NCBI GenBank assembly: GCA_051746405.1
Contig: JBNJFB010000028.1
Location: 1 to 28,061, forward strand
Source: Campylobacterota bacterium
GTDB taxonomy: Bacteria; Campylobacterota; Campylobacteria; Campylobacterales; Arcobacteraceae
Direction: 5' to 3'
DNA length: 28,061 bases
Shown here: piece after piece, positions 16,704-25,512 of the stretch
Numbering within the stretch: position 1 is the stretch's first letter
How the letters are laid out: each line of letters opens with the position of its first letter
Translations under genes and position numbers: made by a program
The notes under the pieces: generated by a model
Told to the model about the DNA's origin: nothing
The model's database searches: none
What the model saw: only the letters and a program-made list of their open reading frames with translations

Positions 16704-17450
16704 ATGAAAATTGGTCTTTTTATCCCATGTTTTATGAATGAACTCTATCCAGAAGTTTGTAAAGCAACATACAAGATTTTAAAAATGCAAGGACTTGATA
16801 TAGAGTATCCCCTTGAACAGACTTGTTGCGGACAACCTATGTCAAATGCAGGCTGTTCAAAAGATACACAAACCCTAGCAAACAATTTTGTAAAAACCTT
16901 TAAAAAGTATGATTACATAGTTGCACCTAGTGGTTCTTGTGTATCTACTGTAAAAGAGCATTATGCAGAGTTTTTTGATAACAATAATGACTATAATAAA
17001 GTAAAAGCATCTATTTACGAAGTATGTGAATTTTTACATGATGTTATTGGACTTGATAAGCTAAAAACTGATGCTAGTTTCCCTCATAAGGTAGGTTTAC
17101 ATAACTCATGTCATGGGCATAGAGTCTTAAAACTAGGAACACCAAGTGAGCTTAACGTACCTTATAATTCAAAACTTGAAAATATTTTAAATAGTGTAAA
17201 AGATATAAAGCTAGTAGATTTAAAAAGAGAAGATGAATGTTGTGGCTTTGGTGGTACATTTAGTGTAGATGAAGAGGATGTATCAGTTGCCATGGGAAAA
17301 GATAGAATAAAAGACCACCTTAATTCAAATGCAACTATTATTACAGGTGCTGATATGTCATGTCTTATGCATATGGAAGGGTTAATTAACAGAAACAGTT
17401 ACCCTGTAAAAGTAATGCACATAGCCCAAATCCTAGCAGGAGAGAAGTAA
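16704..17450 (+). CDS. lutA: L-lactate dehydrogenase complex subunit LutA/LldE (CCG-domain Fe-S protein)
   Basis: QTCCGQP, SGSC, HNSCHGHR, ECCGFGGTFS and DMSCLMH; TAATG overlap with lutB. Confidence 0.92.
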   Translation: MKIGLFIPCFMNELYPEVCKATYKILKMQGLDIEYPLEQTCCGQPMSNAGCSKDTQTLANNFVKTFKKYDYIVAPSGSCVSTVKEHYAEFFDNNNDYNKVKASIYEVCEFLHDVIGLDKLKTDASFPHKVGLHNSCHGHRVLKLGTPSELNVPYNSKLENILNSVKDIKLVDLKREDECCGFGGTFSVDEEDVSVAMGKDRIKDHLNSNATIITGADMSCLMHMEGLINRNSYPVKVMHIAQILAGEK

Positions 17451-18823
17451 TGAGCACACATCCACAAAATGCAAAAGAGTTTGTAAAAAATGATGAGAGA
17501 ATGCACTGGCATGATGAGTCTTTATGGTTTGTAAGAGCAAAAAGAGATTTAGCTAGTAAATCTATACCTGAATGGGAACAACTAAGAGAGTATGCAAGTC
17601 AAATAAAACAACATACAATGTCTAATCTAGACAAGTATCTTTTAGAGTTTGAAAAAAATGCCCATACTAAAGGTATTAAAATTCATTGGGCAAGTGATGC
17701 AAAAGAGCACAATGAGATTGCATATAAACTACTGAAAGAACAAAATGTAAAGAAGTTAGTAAAATCAAAATCAATGCTAACAGAAGAGTGTCACTTAAAC
17801 CCTTTTTTAGAAGCTAGAGGAATTGAGGTAATTGATACAGATTTAGGTGAAAGAATTGTTCAGTTAAGAAATGAACCACCATCACACATCGTACTACCTG
17901 CAATTCACCTAAAAAAATCAGATGTGAGTGATACTTTTGTTGAACACTTAGGAACACAAAAAGGAAATGATGACCCAACATATCTTACAAGAGCAGCAAG
18001 AGCTAGCTTAAGAGAAGATTTTTTAACAGCTCAAGCTGGTATGACAGGTGTAAACTTTGCTATTGCTAATACAGGTGGAGTGGTAGTTTGTACAAACGAA
18101 GGAAATGCGGATATGGGAGCTTCTGTTCCTAAGTTTCATATTGCATCAATGGGGATTGAAAAGATTATTCCTAGATTAGAGGACTTATCTGTATTTACAA
18201 GACTATTAGCAAGAAGTGCAACAGGGCAACCAATAACATCTTATACATCTCACTATCATGAACCTGTTGAGGGTGGGCAGATGCATATTATTATTGTTGA
18301 TAATCAAAGAAGTGAGTTTTTAAGCTCACAAAAATATAAAAATGCTCTAAACTGTATTAGATGTGGGGCTTGTATGAATACTTGTCCTGTATATAGAAGA
18401 AGTGGTGGTCACTCCTATGAATACACAATTCCAGGACCTATTGGTTCAATTTTAGGTTCAGTAAAAGACCCAAAAAAGAACTACTCCTTACCATTTGCGT
18501 GTACTTTATGTGGTTCATGTTCCCATGTTTGTCCTGCAAAGATTGATTTAGACTCTCAACTTTATGCAAGAAGACAAGATTTAGCCCAAATGAATTTAAT
18601 AAATCCAAAAAAGAAAATGGCATTAAGAGTTACAGCTTGGCTTATGAGTAAACCAACACTATTTAATTTTGCAGGGAAAATGGCAAGAAAAATTGTACCC
18701 AAGCTTCCTGACTCACTAGTTTATAGTAAATCAAATGTTTGGGGAAGACAAAGAGATATGCCTAAAATGCCAACAAAAAGCTTCAAAGAGATGTTTAAGC
18801 AAGGAGAAGTAGATGACAAGTAG
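17450..18823 (+). CDS. lutB: L-lactate dehydrogenase complex Fe-S subunit LutB/LldF
   Basis: VKSKSMLTEE, TDLGE, PPSHIVLPAIH, TNEGN, CIRCGACMNTCPVY and CTLCGSCSHVCP. Confidence 0.94.
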   Translation: MSTHPQNAKEFVKNDERMHWHDESLWFVRAKRDLASKSIPEWEQLREYASQIKQHTMSNLDKYLLEFEKNAHTKGIKIHWASDAKEHNEIAYKLLKEQNVKKLVKSKSMLTEECHLNPFLEARGIEVIDTDLGERIVQLRNEPPSHIVLPAIHLKKSDVSDTFVEHLGTQKGNDDPTYLTRAARASLREDFLTAQAGMTGVNFAIANTGGVVVCTNEGNADMGASVPKFHIASMGIEKIIPRLEDLSVFTRLLARSATGQPITSYTSHYHEPVEGGQMHIIIVDNQRSEFLSSQKYKNALNCIRCGACMNTCPVYRRSGGHSYEYTIPGPIGSILGSVKDPKKNYSLPFACTLCGSCSHVCPAKIDLDSQLYARRQDLAQMNLINPKKKMALRVTAWLMSKPTLFNFAGKMARKIVPKLPDSLVYSKSNVWGRQRDMPKMPTKSFKEMFKQGEVDDK

Positions 18824-19403
18824 AGATTTGATTTTAAAAAGAATAAAAGAGAATAATGTTGTTGAAAAAATAGAGTTGCCAAACTTAAATGAAAACTTTG
18901 GAATAACATTTGAACAAAAATTTGAAAAATTTTCAACTATGCTTGAAAGTGTTGGTGGCAAAGCACTTCTTATTAATAAAGATGATTTAGATAAAACTAT
19001 AAAGGAGCTCTATCCAGATGAAAAAGTTATTGCATCAAATATTGAAGAGTTTTCACTAAAAAATTTTAATCCAAATGATAAAAAAGAGGCTTATGAACTA
19101 AAAGATATAGACCTAGCAGTTGTAAAAGGAAACTTTGCAGTTGCAGAAAATGGTGCTATTTGGATGAGAAATCCAGAAAATAGACATAGAAGTCTTTATT
19201 TTATTGCTCAAAATATTGTAACTGTTTTAGATGAAAAAGATATTTTAAATAATATGCACGAAGCATATAAAAAAATAAATTTTGAAAAAAATGGATATGG
19301 CGTATTTATTTCAGGACCATCAAAAACTGCTGACATTGAACAATCATTAGTAATTGGAGCCCATGGACCAAAATCAGGATATGTTATTTTTACAAAATCT
19401 TGA
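18813..19403 (+). CDS. lutC: LUD-domain subunit LutC/LldG
   Basis: AVAENGAI and FISGPSKTADIEQSLVIGAHGP; overlaps the end of lutB. Confidence 0.92.
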   Translation: MTSRDLILKRIKENNVVEKIELPNLNENFGITFEQKFEKFSTMLESVGGKALLINKDDLDKTIKELYPDEKVIASNIEEFSLKNFNPNDKKEAYELKDIDLAVVKGNFAVAENGAIWMRNPENRHRSLYFIAQNIVTVLDEKDILNNMHEAYKKINFEKNGYGVFISGPSKTADIEQSLVIGAHGPKSGYVIFTKS

Positions 19404-19409
19404 TATAAT
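19401..19409 (+). promoter_or_regulatory. Extended -10 promoter for the two-component system
   Basis: TGATATAAT overlaps the lutC stop codon and lies 21 nt before the kinase ATG; GAGG RBS. Confidence 0.5.
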
Positions 19410-19430
19410 TGCTAAATAGAGGAAGTTAAG

Positions 19431-21626
19431 ATGAGAATATTTATACTATTTAGCATACTTTTTTTAAACTATTTAGCTGCTGCAAATACAAAAGATGTAT
19501 TATTGCTTCATTCATACCATAAAGGTTATGTATGGAGTGATGATATATCAAAAACTATAGAAGAAAAATTTCATAAATTTCCAAATATTGAATTAACAAC
19601 TGTTTATATGGATACTAAACATATAAATACTCCTGAATATTTAGATAAATTATCCTTACTATACAAAGAGCAGTTTAAAAAAAGAGATTTTGATTTAATA
19701 ATCGCAAGTGATGATAACGCTTATGAGTTTGTTATTAATAACCATGACTTTTTATTTAAAAAAGCTCCTGTTCTATTTTGTGGCATAAACAATTTTAGTA
19801 AAGAGACTTTAAAAAAGAGTAATATGCAAAAATATATGTCAGGAGTAGTTGAACAAGTTGATTTAGAAAAAAACTTTAATCTAATATCAAGACTTCATCC
19901 AAAGCTAGAAAAGCTATTAATAATAAATGATAAATCAAAAACAGGACTAGCTGTAAAAAAAGATTTACAAGATATAATAGAAAAATATAAAAAAAAGTTT
20001 GATATTGAGTATGTGGATAGCATGGAGATACAAGCATTAAAGAAAAAAGTAAAAAAACTAGGTAAAAATGATGCAATACTATTTGTTTTACTTTTTAAAG
20101 ATACTACAGGTAAATACTTCACATACAAACAAAGCTTTCTTGAGATAAAAAAGTCTAGTAAGGTTCCCATATATGGTCTTTGGGATTTCTATTTAGATTA
20201 TGGAGTAGTTGGTGGACTACTAACCTCAGCAGTTGCCCAAGGGGAAAATGTAGCAAATATGGCACTAAAAATCCTAAATAATGGCAAAAAAGTAAGTAAT
20301 ATACCAATTATTGAAAAATCCCCAAATAGATATATGTTTGATTATAAAGAGTTAGAGAGATTTAATATAGATATCTCTAATCAAGTAAGCGATTATGTTT
20401 TAATAAATGAACCAAGCTCAGAGTATAGAAGATTTATTGAAGTAATTTTTGTAGCTATTGTGATTATTATGATACTTAGCATAATAGTAGTGATTTTAAG
20501 AGCAAACATCCAAAGAAGAAAAAAAGTTGAACTTGCTTTATGCAATCAACTTGAGTTTGATAAAGTTTTACTAGATACTATTCCAAATCCAATCTATTAT
20601 AAAAATATAGAGGGTAAATTTCAAGGTTGTAATCTAAGTTTTGCAAACCTTGTAAACTCAAGTAGAGATAATATAATTGGAAAAACAGCTTTTGATTTTT
20701 TCCCTTACGAGGTAGCATCAAAAAATATAAAAATTGACCAAGAGCTTTTAAAAACTTTTAGTACAAGTACTTCAGAGTTTACATTTTATACAAACTCAAA
20801 CTATATGAAACATATTATTTTAAATAAAGCAGTTTATAAAAATATAAATGGTGAAGTAGGTGGAATTGTTTGTATTATGGATGATATAACAGAGAGAGTT
20901 CAACAAAAACAGTTTTTAATTCAACAAAGTAAATTAGCAGAGATGGGTGATATGGTTGCAGCAATTGCCCACCAATGGAATGAGCCTTTAGTTGAGCTTT
21001 CAGCCCTTGTTCAAGATATTCAAACCTCCTATCTTTTGAATGAACTAAAAGATATTGATGTGAATGATTTTGTAAATGACTCCATGATACAAATTAAGTA
21101 TATGTCAAAAACATTAAATGATTTTAGAAATTTTTTAAAACCATCAACAAGTAAAAAACTCTTTTCAATAACAAAAGCTTTAGGTGAAATAAATGAGATA
21201 ATTGGCAAACAGATTTTTTATTCAAATATAAAGATTTCATTTAATTACCAAAACAATAAAGAAGAGTTGCTAATTTATGGATATGAAAATGAGTTTAAAC
21301 AAGTTTTATTAAATCTAATTAATAATGCAAAAAATAAGATTATTGAAAATAACAAAAATAGTCCTAAAAAAGGTAATATCGATATAAATATCAAAAGAGA
21401 TGAAAACAATAATATTATTGAGATTTGTGATGATGCAGGTAGTATTGATGAAGCTATAATCAACTCTATTTTTGAACCATATTTTACCACTAAAAAAGAT
21501 GGGACTGGTCTTGGACTATATATGGCAAAAGTAATTATAGAAGATAAGATGAGTGGTACAATAAGTGTAAAAAATCATTTCGAAAATGTTATATTTACAA
21601 TAAAACTTCCCCATAAAAAGGTTTAA
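19431..21626 (+). CDS. Sensor histidine kinase: periplasmic ABC-substrate-binding-like domain, TM, PAS, HisKA and HATPase
   Basis: Signal peptide; VLLLHSYHKGYVWSD...PVLFCGINN...GVVGG...MFDYKELERF periplasmic-binding-like region; TM IFVAIVIIMILSIIVVIL; PAS LDTIPNPIYYKNIEGKFQGCN; H-box IAHQW; N-box NLINNA; FEPYFTTK..GTGLGL. Confidence 0.9.
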   Translation: MRIFILFSILFLNYLAAANTKDVLLLHSYHKGYVWSDDISKTIEEKFHKFPNIELTTVYMDTKHINTPEYLDKLSLLYKEQFKKRDFDLIIASDDNAYEFVINNHDFLFKKAPVLFCGINNFSKETLKKSNMQKYMSGVVEQVDLEKNFNLISRLHPKLEKLLIINDKSKTGLAVKKDLQDIIEKYKKKFDIEYVDSMEIQALKKKVKKLGKNDAILFVLLFKDTTGKYFTYKQSFLEIKKSSKVPIYGLWDFYLDYGVVGGLLTSAVAQGENVANMALKILNNGKKVSNIPIIEKSPNRYMFDYKELERFNIDISNQVSDYVLINEPSSEYRRFIEVIFVAIVIIMILSIIVVILRANIQRRKKVELALCNQLEFDKVLLDTIPNPIYYKNIEGKFQGCNLSFANLVNSSRDNIIGKTAFDFFPYEVASKNIKIDQELLKTFSTSTSEFTFYTNSNYMKHIILNKAVYKNINGEVGGIVCIMDDITERVQQKQFLIQQSKLAEMGDMVAAIAHQWNEPLVELSALVQDIQTSYLLNELKDIDVNDFVNDSMIQIKYMSKTLNDFRNFLKPSTSKKLFSITKALGEINEIIGKQIFYSNIKISFNYQNNKEELLIYGYENEFKQVLLNLINNAKNKIIENNKNSPKKGNIDINIKRDENNNIIEICDDAGSIDEAIINSIFEPYFTTKKDGTGLGLYMAKVIIEDKMSGTISVKNHFENVIFTIKLPHKKV

Positions 21627-21627
21627 A

Positions 21628-22272
21628 ATGAAGATTTTACTATTAGAAGATAATAAAAAATTAAATGAAACTATAGCAAAGAGGTTAAAGCTAAAAGGTT
21701 ATCAAGTTGATGCTTTTGTAGATGGGTTAATGGCTAGTGAGAAAATTATAGATGGCTACAGCTGCTTTATATTAGATATAAATGTTCCAAATATAGATGG
21801 AATAAAAATACTAAAAAAAATTAGAGAGTATTATGAAGATGTACCTGTTATAATAATCTCTGCTACTGTGGAATTAGACATAATAAAAGAGTCATATGAT
21901 TTTGGATGTAATGACTATTTGAAAAAACCTTTTTTTATAGATGAATTAGAAATCAAAATCGAGAAGCTTTGTAATATAAAAAATGAGTTTATTTACTTTG
22001 ATGAAAACTGCTACTTTGATTATAAGTCATCTACAATTGTAATAGATAATAAAGAGCAACGACTAACAAAAAAAGAGAGACTTTTGATAAATCTTTTTTT
22101 AACAAAGAAAAACCAAGTAATATCTTATGAGAGTATAGAAAACTATGTTTGGGAAGGAAGTTTTGCATCACTTGAGTCTATTAGAAGTCTAATTAGAAGA
22201 TTAAGAAAGATACTAAAAAAAGAGTATATTCAAACTGTAGTTGATACAGGTTATATTTTTAAAACTTCATAA
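21628..22272 (+). CDS. OmpR/PhoB-family response regulator (receiver plus winged helix)
   Basis: LLEDN, ILDINVPNIDG, DYLKKPF, LTKKE, IRSLIRRLRK and IQTVVDTGY; starts 1 nt after the kinase stop. Confidence 0.92.
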   Translation: MKILLLEDNKKLNETIAKRLKLKGYQVDAFVDGLMASEKIIDGYSCFILDINVPNIDGIKILKKIREYYEDVPVIIISATVELDIIKESYDFGCNDYLKKPFFIDELEIKIEKLCNIKNEFIYFDENCYFDYKSSTIVIDNKEQRLTKKERLLINLFLTKKNQVISYESIENYVWEGSFASLESIRSLIRRLRKILKKEYIQTVVDTGYIFKTS

Positions 22273-22273
22273 A

Positions 22274-22329
22274 TATCATATCATTATCATTTCTAGTGGT
22301 TAGAATTTAATCATAACAAATCAAAGGAG
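22274..22329 (+). promoter_or_regulatory. dctP promoter with tandem TATCAT activator box
   Basis: TATCAT 22274-22279 and 22285-22290, 10 nt, TAGAAT 22301-22306, 6 nt, ATAACAA, then AAGGAG. Confidence 0.6.
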
Positions 22330-22332
22330 AGA

Positions 22333-23406
22333 ATGATGATGTTAAAAAAGACAACAAAGTTACTATTAACTTCTGCACTTATTGCAGGGTTAAGTACAGC
22401 TGCGATGGCAAAAGATAGAGTTTACAAGTGGAAACTTGCAACTACTTGGGGTTCTACACTTACACCATTTATTGATGCGCCAAAAAATATGGCAAAAATG
22501 GTTGAAGATATGTCAGATGGAAGATTACAAATTAGAATTGATGCTTCAAATAAGCATAAAGCACCATTTGGAGTTCTAGACATGGTAAAAGGTGGTCAGT
22601 ATGATATGGGGCACTCTGCTTCTTATTACTGGAAAGGTAAAGATATCAATACAATGCCTTTTAGTACAATGCCTTTTGGTATGACTACACCTGAGCAATA
22701 TGCATGGTTCTACCACGGTGATGGTATGGAGCTTATGAAAAAAGTTTATAAAAAACATAGAGTTTTATCATTCCCAGGTGGAAGTACTGGAAACCAAATG
22801 GGTGGATGGTTTAGAGAAGAGATTAATAGTGTTGAGGACTTAGAGGGTCTAAAAATGAGAATTCCTGGATTTGCTGGTGAAGTTATGGCAGAGCTAGGAT
22901 TAACTGTTACAAATATTGCACCTGGTGAATTATATACATCACTAGAAAGAGGTACAATTGATGCACTAGAATGGGTTGGACCTGGTATGGATATCAAAAT
23001 GGGGTTCAATAAAATTGCTCCTTACTACTATACAGGATGGCATGAGCCAGGTTTAGATTTACAATATATGGTAAATAAAAGAAAATTCGAAAGATTACCT
23101 GAAGATTTAAAATCAATTTTAATAACAGCTATGAGAGTAAGTGCTTATGATATGTATATTCAAAACTATCACATGAGTGCTATGGCATGGGATAAAATAT
23201 CAACTGATTATCCAAATATCAAAATCAAAACTTTCCCTACAGAAGTTATGGATGCTATGAAAAAAGCTAATAAAAAGCTAATAAAAGAGAAAACTAAAAA
23301 CAATCCATTATTAAAAGAGATTTTAGACTCACAAGCTGCTTATCAGAAAAAAGCTAGAGAGTGGACTAAGATGTCAGACTTCTTATATTTAAAAGATAAC
23401 TTATAA
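22333..23406 (+). CDS. dctP: TRAP transporter substrate-binding protein (probable lactate/monocarboxylate)
   Basis: Signal peptide ending AMA; SYYWKGK, GNQMGGWF, GLKMRIPG, LERGTIDALEWVGP and GWHEPG. Substrate is inferred from gene context. Three consecutive ATGs make the exact start uncertain. Confidence 0.92.
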   Translation: MMMLKKTTKLLLTSALIAGLSTAAMAKDRVYKWKLATTWGSTLTPFIDAPKNMAKMVEDMSDGRLQIRIDASNKHKAPFGVLDMVKGGQYDMGHSASYYWKGKDINTMPFSTMPFGMTTPEQYAWFYHGDGMELMKKVYKKHRVLSFPGGSTGNQMGGWFREEINSVEDLEGLKMRIPGFAGEVMAELGLTVTNIAPGELYTSLERGTIDALEWVGPGMDIKMGFNKIAPYYYTGWHEPGLDLQYMVNKRKFERLPEDLKSILITAMRVSAYDMYIQNYHMSAMAWDKISTDYPNIKIKTFPTEVMDAMKKANKKLIKEKTKNNPLLKEILDSQAAYQKKAREWTKMSDFLYLKDNL

Positions 23407-23414
23407 GATAATAT

Positions 23415-23440
23415 ATACTAACTCCACTTGGAGTTGGTGT
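23415..23440 (+). terminator. Stem-loop between dctP and dctQ (mRNA stabiliser or partial terminator)
   Basis: ATACTAACTCC-ACTT-GGAGTTGGTGT forms an 11-bp stem with two G-U pairs, which works only in the + strand RNA. Confidence 0.6.
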
Positions 23441-23523
23441 TACTTTCAATACGTTATAATAAGTTTAGTAAATATAATACATCTATATTTATTTGACTTA
23501 TTTATGATTTCAAAAGGATTTTT

Positions 23524-24117
23524 ATGCTGTTAAAACTAGAAAAGGTTTTTGACAAATTTGCTGATGTCATTGGATATATTACTGCTTTTGCCATAGTACT
23601 TATGATATTAAATGTATTTTATGATGTTGTTATGAGATACTTTTTTAATACAGGTAGTATTGCAATGCAGGAAATGGAGTGGCATCTATTTTCAGTTGTT
23701 ATACTTTTAGGTGTTGCTTATACACTAAAAGAGGATGGGCATGTTAGAGTTGATTTAATCTATGATAGATTAGGTGATAAGAAAAAAGCTATGATTAATA
23801 TGGTTGGTGTGGTACTGTTTGTTTTACCAATTTCACTTTTAATAGGTACAGGCTCTATTGGATATGTAGTAGAATCATACACATCAAATGAGCAAAGTGG
23901 TGACCCAGGTGGACTTACTAACAGATGGATTGTAAAATCACTAATTCCTTTATCATTCTTTTTATTGATTATTACTTCAGTTGGATTTTTTATTAAAAAT
24001 TTAAATATATACAGAGGTTTACATAAAAATAATTTAAATGGCTTACAAGGTGAGATTAAACATTTAAAAGAGGATATGCAAAGCCACAGATATATTAAAA
24101 AAGGAGAAAACAAATGA
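23524..24117 (+). CDS. dctQ: TRAP transporter small permease
   Basis: Four TM segments; DVVMRY, QEMEWHLF, GHVRVDLIY and DPGGL; ATGA overlap with dctM. Confidence 0.92.
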   Translation: MLLKLEKVFDKFADVIGYITAFAIVLMILNVFYDVVMRYFFNTGSIAMQEMEWHLFSVVILLGVAYTLKEDGHVRVDLIYDRLGDKKKAMINMVGVVLFVLPISLLIGTGSIGYVVESYTSNEQSGDPGGLTNRWIVKSLIPLSFFLLIITSVGFFIKNLNIYRGLHKNNLNGLQGEIKHLKEDMQSHRYIKKGENK

Positions 24118-25487
24118 TTGGTATCATTATGTTTTTTGCAGCTTTATGTATGCTTCTAGTTGGATTTCCCGTTGCGTTTACATTTGCTGCTGTATCAGTA
24201 TTTTTTGGAATGATTGCAGGTATTGTTGAGATTTACAGATATGCAGATCCAGATATGGCCATGACCTCTATTGTGCTAGAGGGTCTAAATGAGGGTGTTT
24301 TCATGTTTGACTTTATGCCTTATAGAATCATGTCAATTATGCAAAACACGATTTTAATGGCTGTTCCTATGTTTATTTTCATGGGTATTATTTTACAGAA
24401 AACTGGACTTGCTGAAAGATTATTAGAATCAATGGGATTCTTATTTGGAGAGATTAGAGGTGGTGTTGCAATTTCAACTGTGTTAGTTGGTTCACTACTT
24501 GCAGCTTCAACTGGCGTTGTTGGTGCTTCAGTTGTTGCAATGGGTGTTATTTCATTGCCAGTTATGATAAAATACAAATATAATACTCCCTTAGCATGTG
24601 GTACAATTTGTGCATCAGGTACATTAGGTCAGATTATTCCCCCTTCAATTGTTTTAATTATTTTAGGTGATGTTTTTCAAGTTCCTGTTGGTGATCTGTT
24701 CAAAGCTGCAATTTGGCCAGGATTGACACTAGTTGGAGCATATATTTTATATATTGTAGTTATGTCATTTATAAAAAAAGATATGGCACCTGCAATTCCT
24801 CCTGACCCATCAAGAGGTTCAAAAGGTAAGCAAATAGTTAGAGCATTAATTGATATTATTCCATCATTAACTCTAATTTTATTAGTATTAGGTTCTATTT
24901 TTGCAGGTATTGCAACACCAACTGAATCTTCAGCTGTGGGTTGTATTGGTGCTGTATTACTATCACTTTTATATAAATCATTCTCAATAGGAATGATAAA
25001 AGATGCTGCATTAGAATCTGTAAAAATTACATCTATGGTATTTGGTATTTTAATTGGTGCAACAGCCTTTTCTATGGTATTTACATATACAGGAGGAGAG
25101 CATTTAGTTGAGAGCTTTATGTTAAGTTTACCTGGTGATGAGAAATGGGGATTCATTATCTTTACAATGATTGCGATTTTAATTTTAGGGTTCTTTATTG
25201 ATTTTGTTGAGATTTCATATATTATTGTTCCTATTTTAGTTCCAATTGCTATGAATTTAGATATTAATCCTGTTTGGTTTGCAATATTAATTGCACTAAA
25301 CTTACAAACATCATTTTTAACACCGCCATTTGGATTCTCCTTGTTCTACTTAAAAGGGGTCGTTCCCTCAACAGTTAGGACAATACAAATCTATAAAGGT
25401 GTTATACCATTTATATTAATACAAATTGCAGTGCTATTTTTATTAGCATTCTATCCTGGATTCTTTGGAATTAATCCAAGTTTATAA
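24114..25487 (+). CDS. dctM: TRAP transporter large permease
   Basis: GFPVAF, AVPMFIFMG, GTLGQIIPPS, ATPTES and LQTSFLTPPFG. Confidence 0.94.
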   Translation: MIGIIMFFAALCMLLVGFPVAFTFAAVSVFFGMIAGIVEIYRYADPDMAMTSIVLEGLNEGVFMFDFMPYRIMSIMQNTILMAVPMFIFMGIILQKTGLAERLLESMGFLFGEIRGGVAISTVLVGSLLAASTGVVGASVVAMGVISLPVMIKYKYNTPLACGTICASGTLGQIIPPSIVLIILGDVFQVPVGDLFKAAIWPGLTLVGAYILYIVVMSFIKKDMAPAIPPDPSRGSKGKQIVRALIDIIPSLTLILLVLGSIFAGIATPTESSAVGCIGAVLLSLLYKSFSIGMIKDAALESVKITSMVFGILIGATAFSMVFTYTGGEHLVESFMLSLPGDEKWGFIIFTMIAILILGFFIDFVEISYIIVPILVPIAMNLDINPVWFAILIALNLQTSFLTPPFGFSLFYLKGVVPSTVRTIQIYKGVIPFILIQIAVLFLLAFYPGFFGINPSL

Positions 25488-25512
25488 AGGTAATTAAATT
25501 GAAGGATTTAAA

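Noticed and set aside
3078..23406. Oppositely oriented dctP paralogues as ends of an invertible or mobile segment
   Set aside because: The DNA copies differ at many synonymous sites, no recombinase or transposase is present, and the enclosed genes include core accBC.
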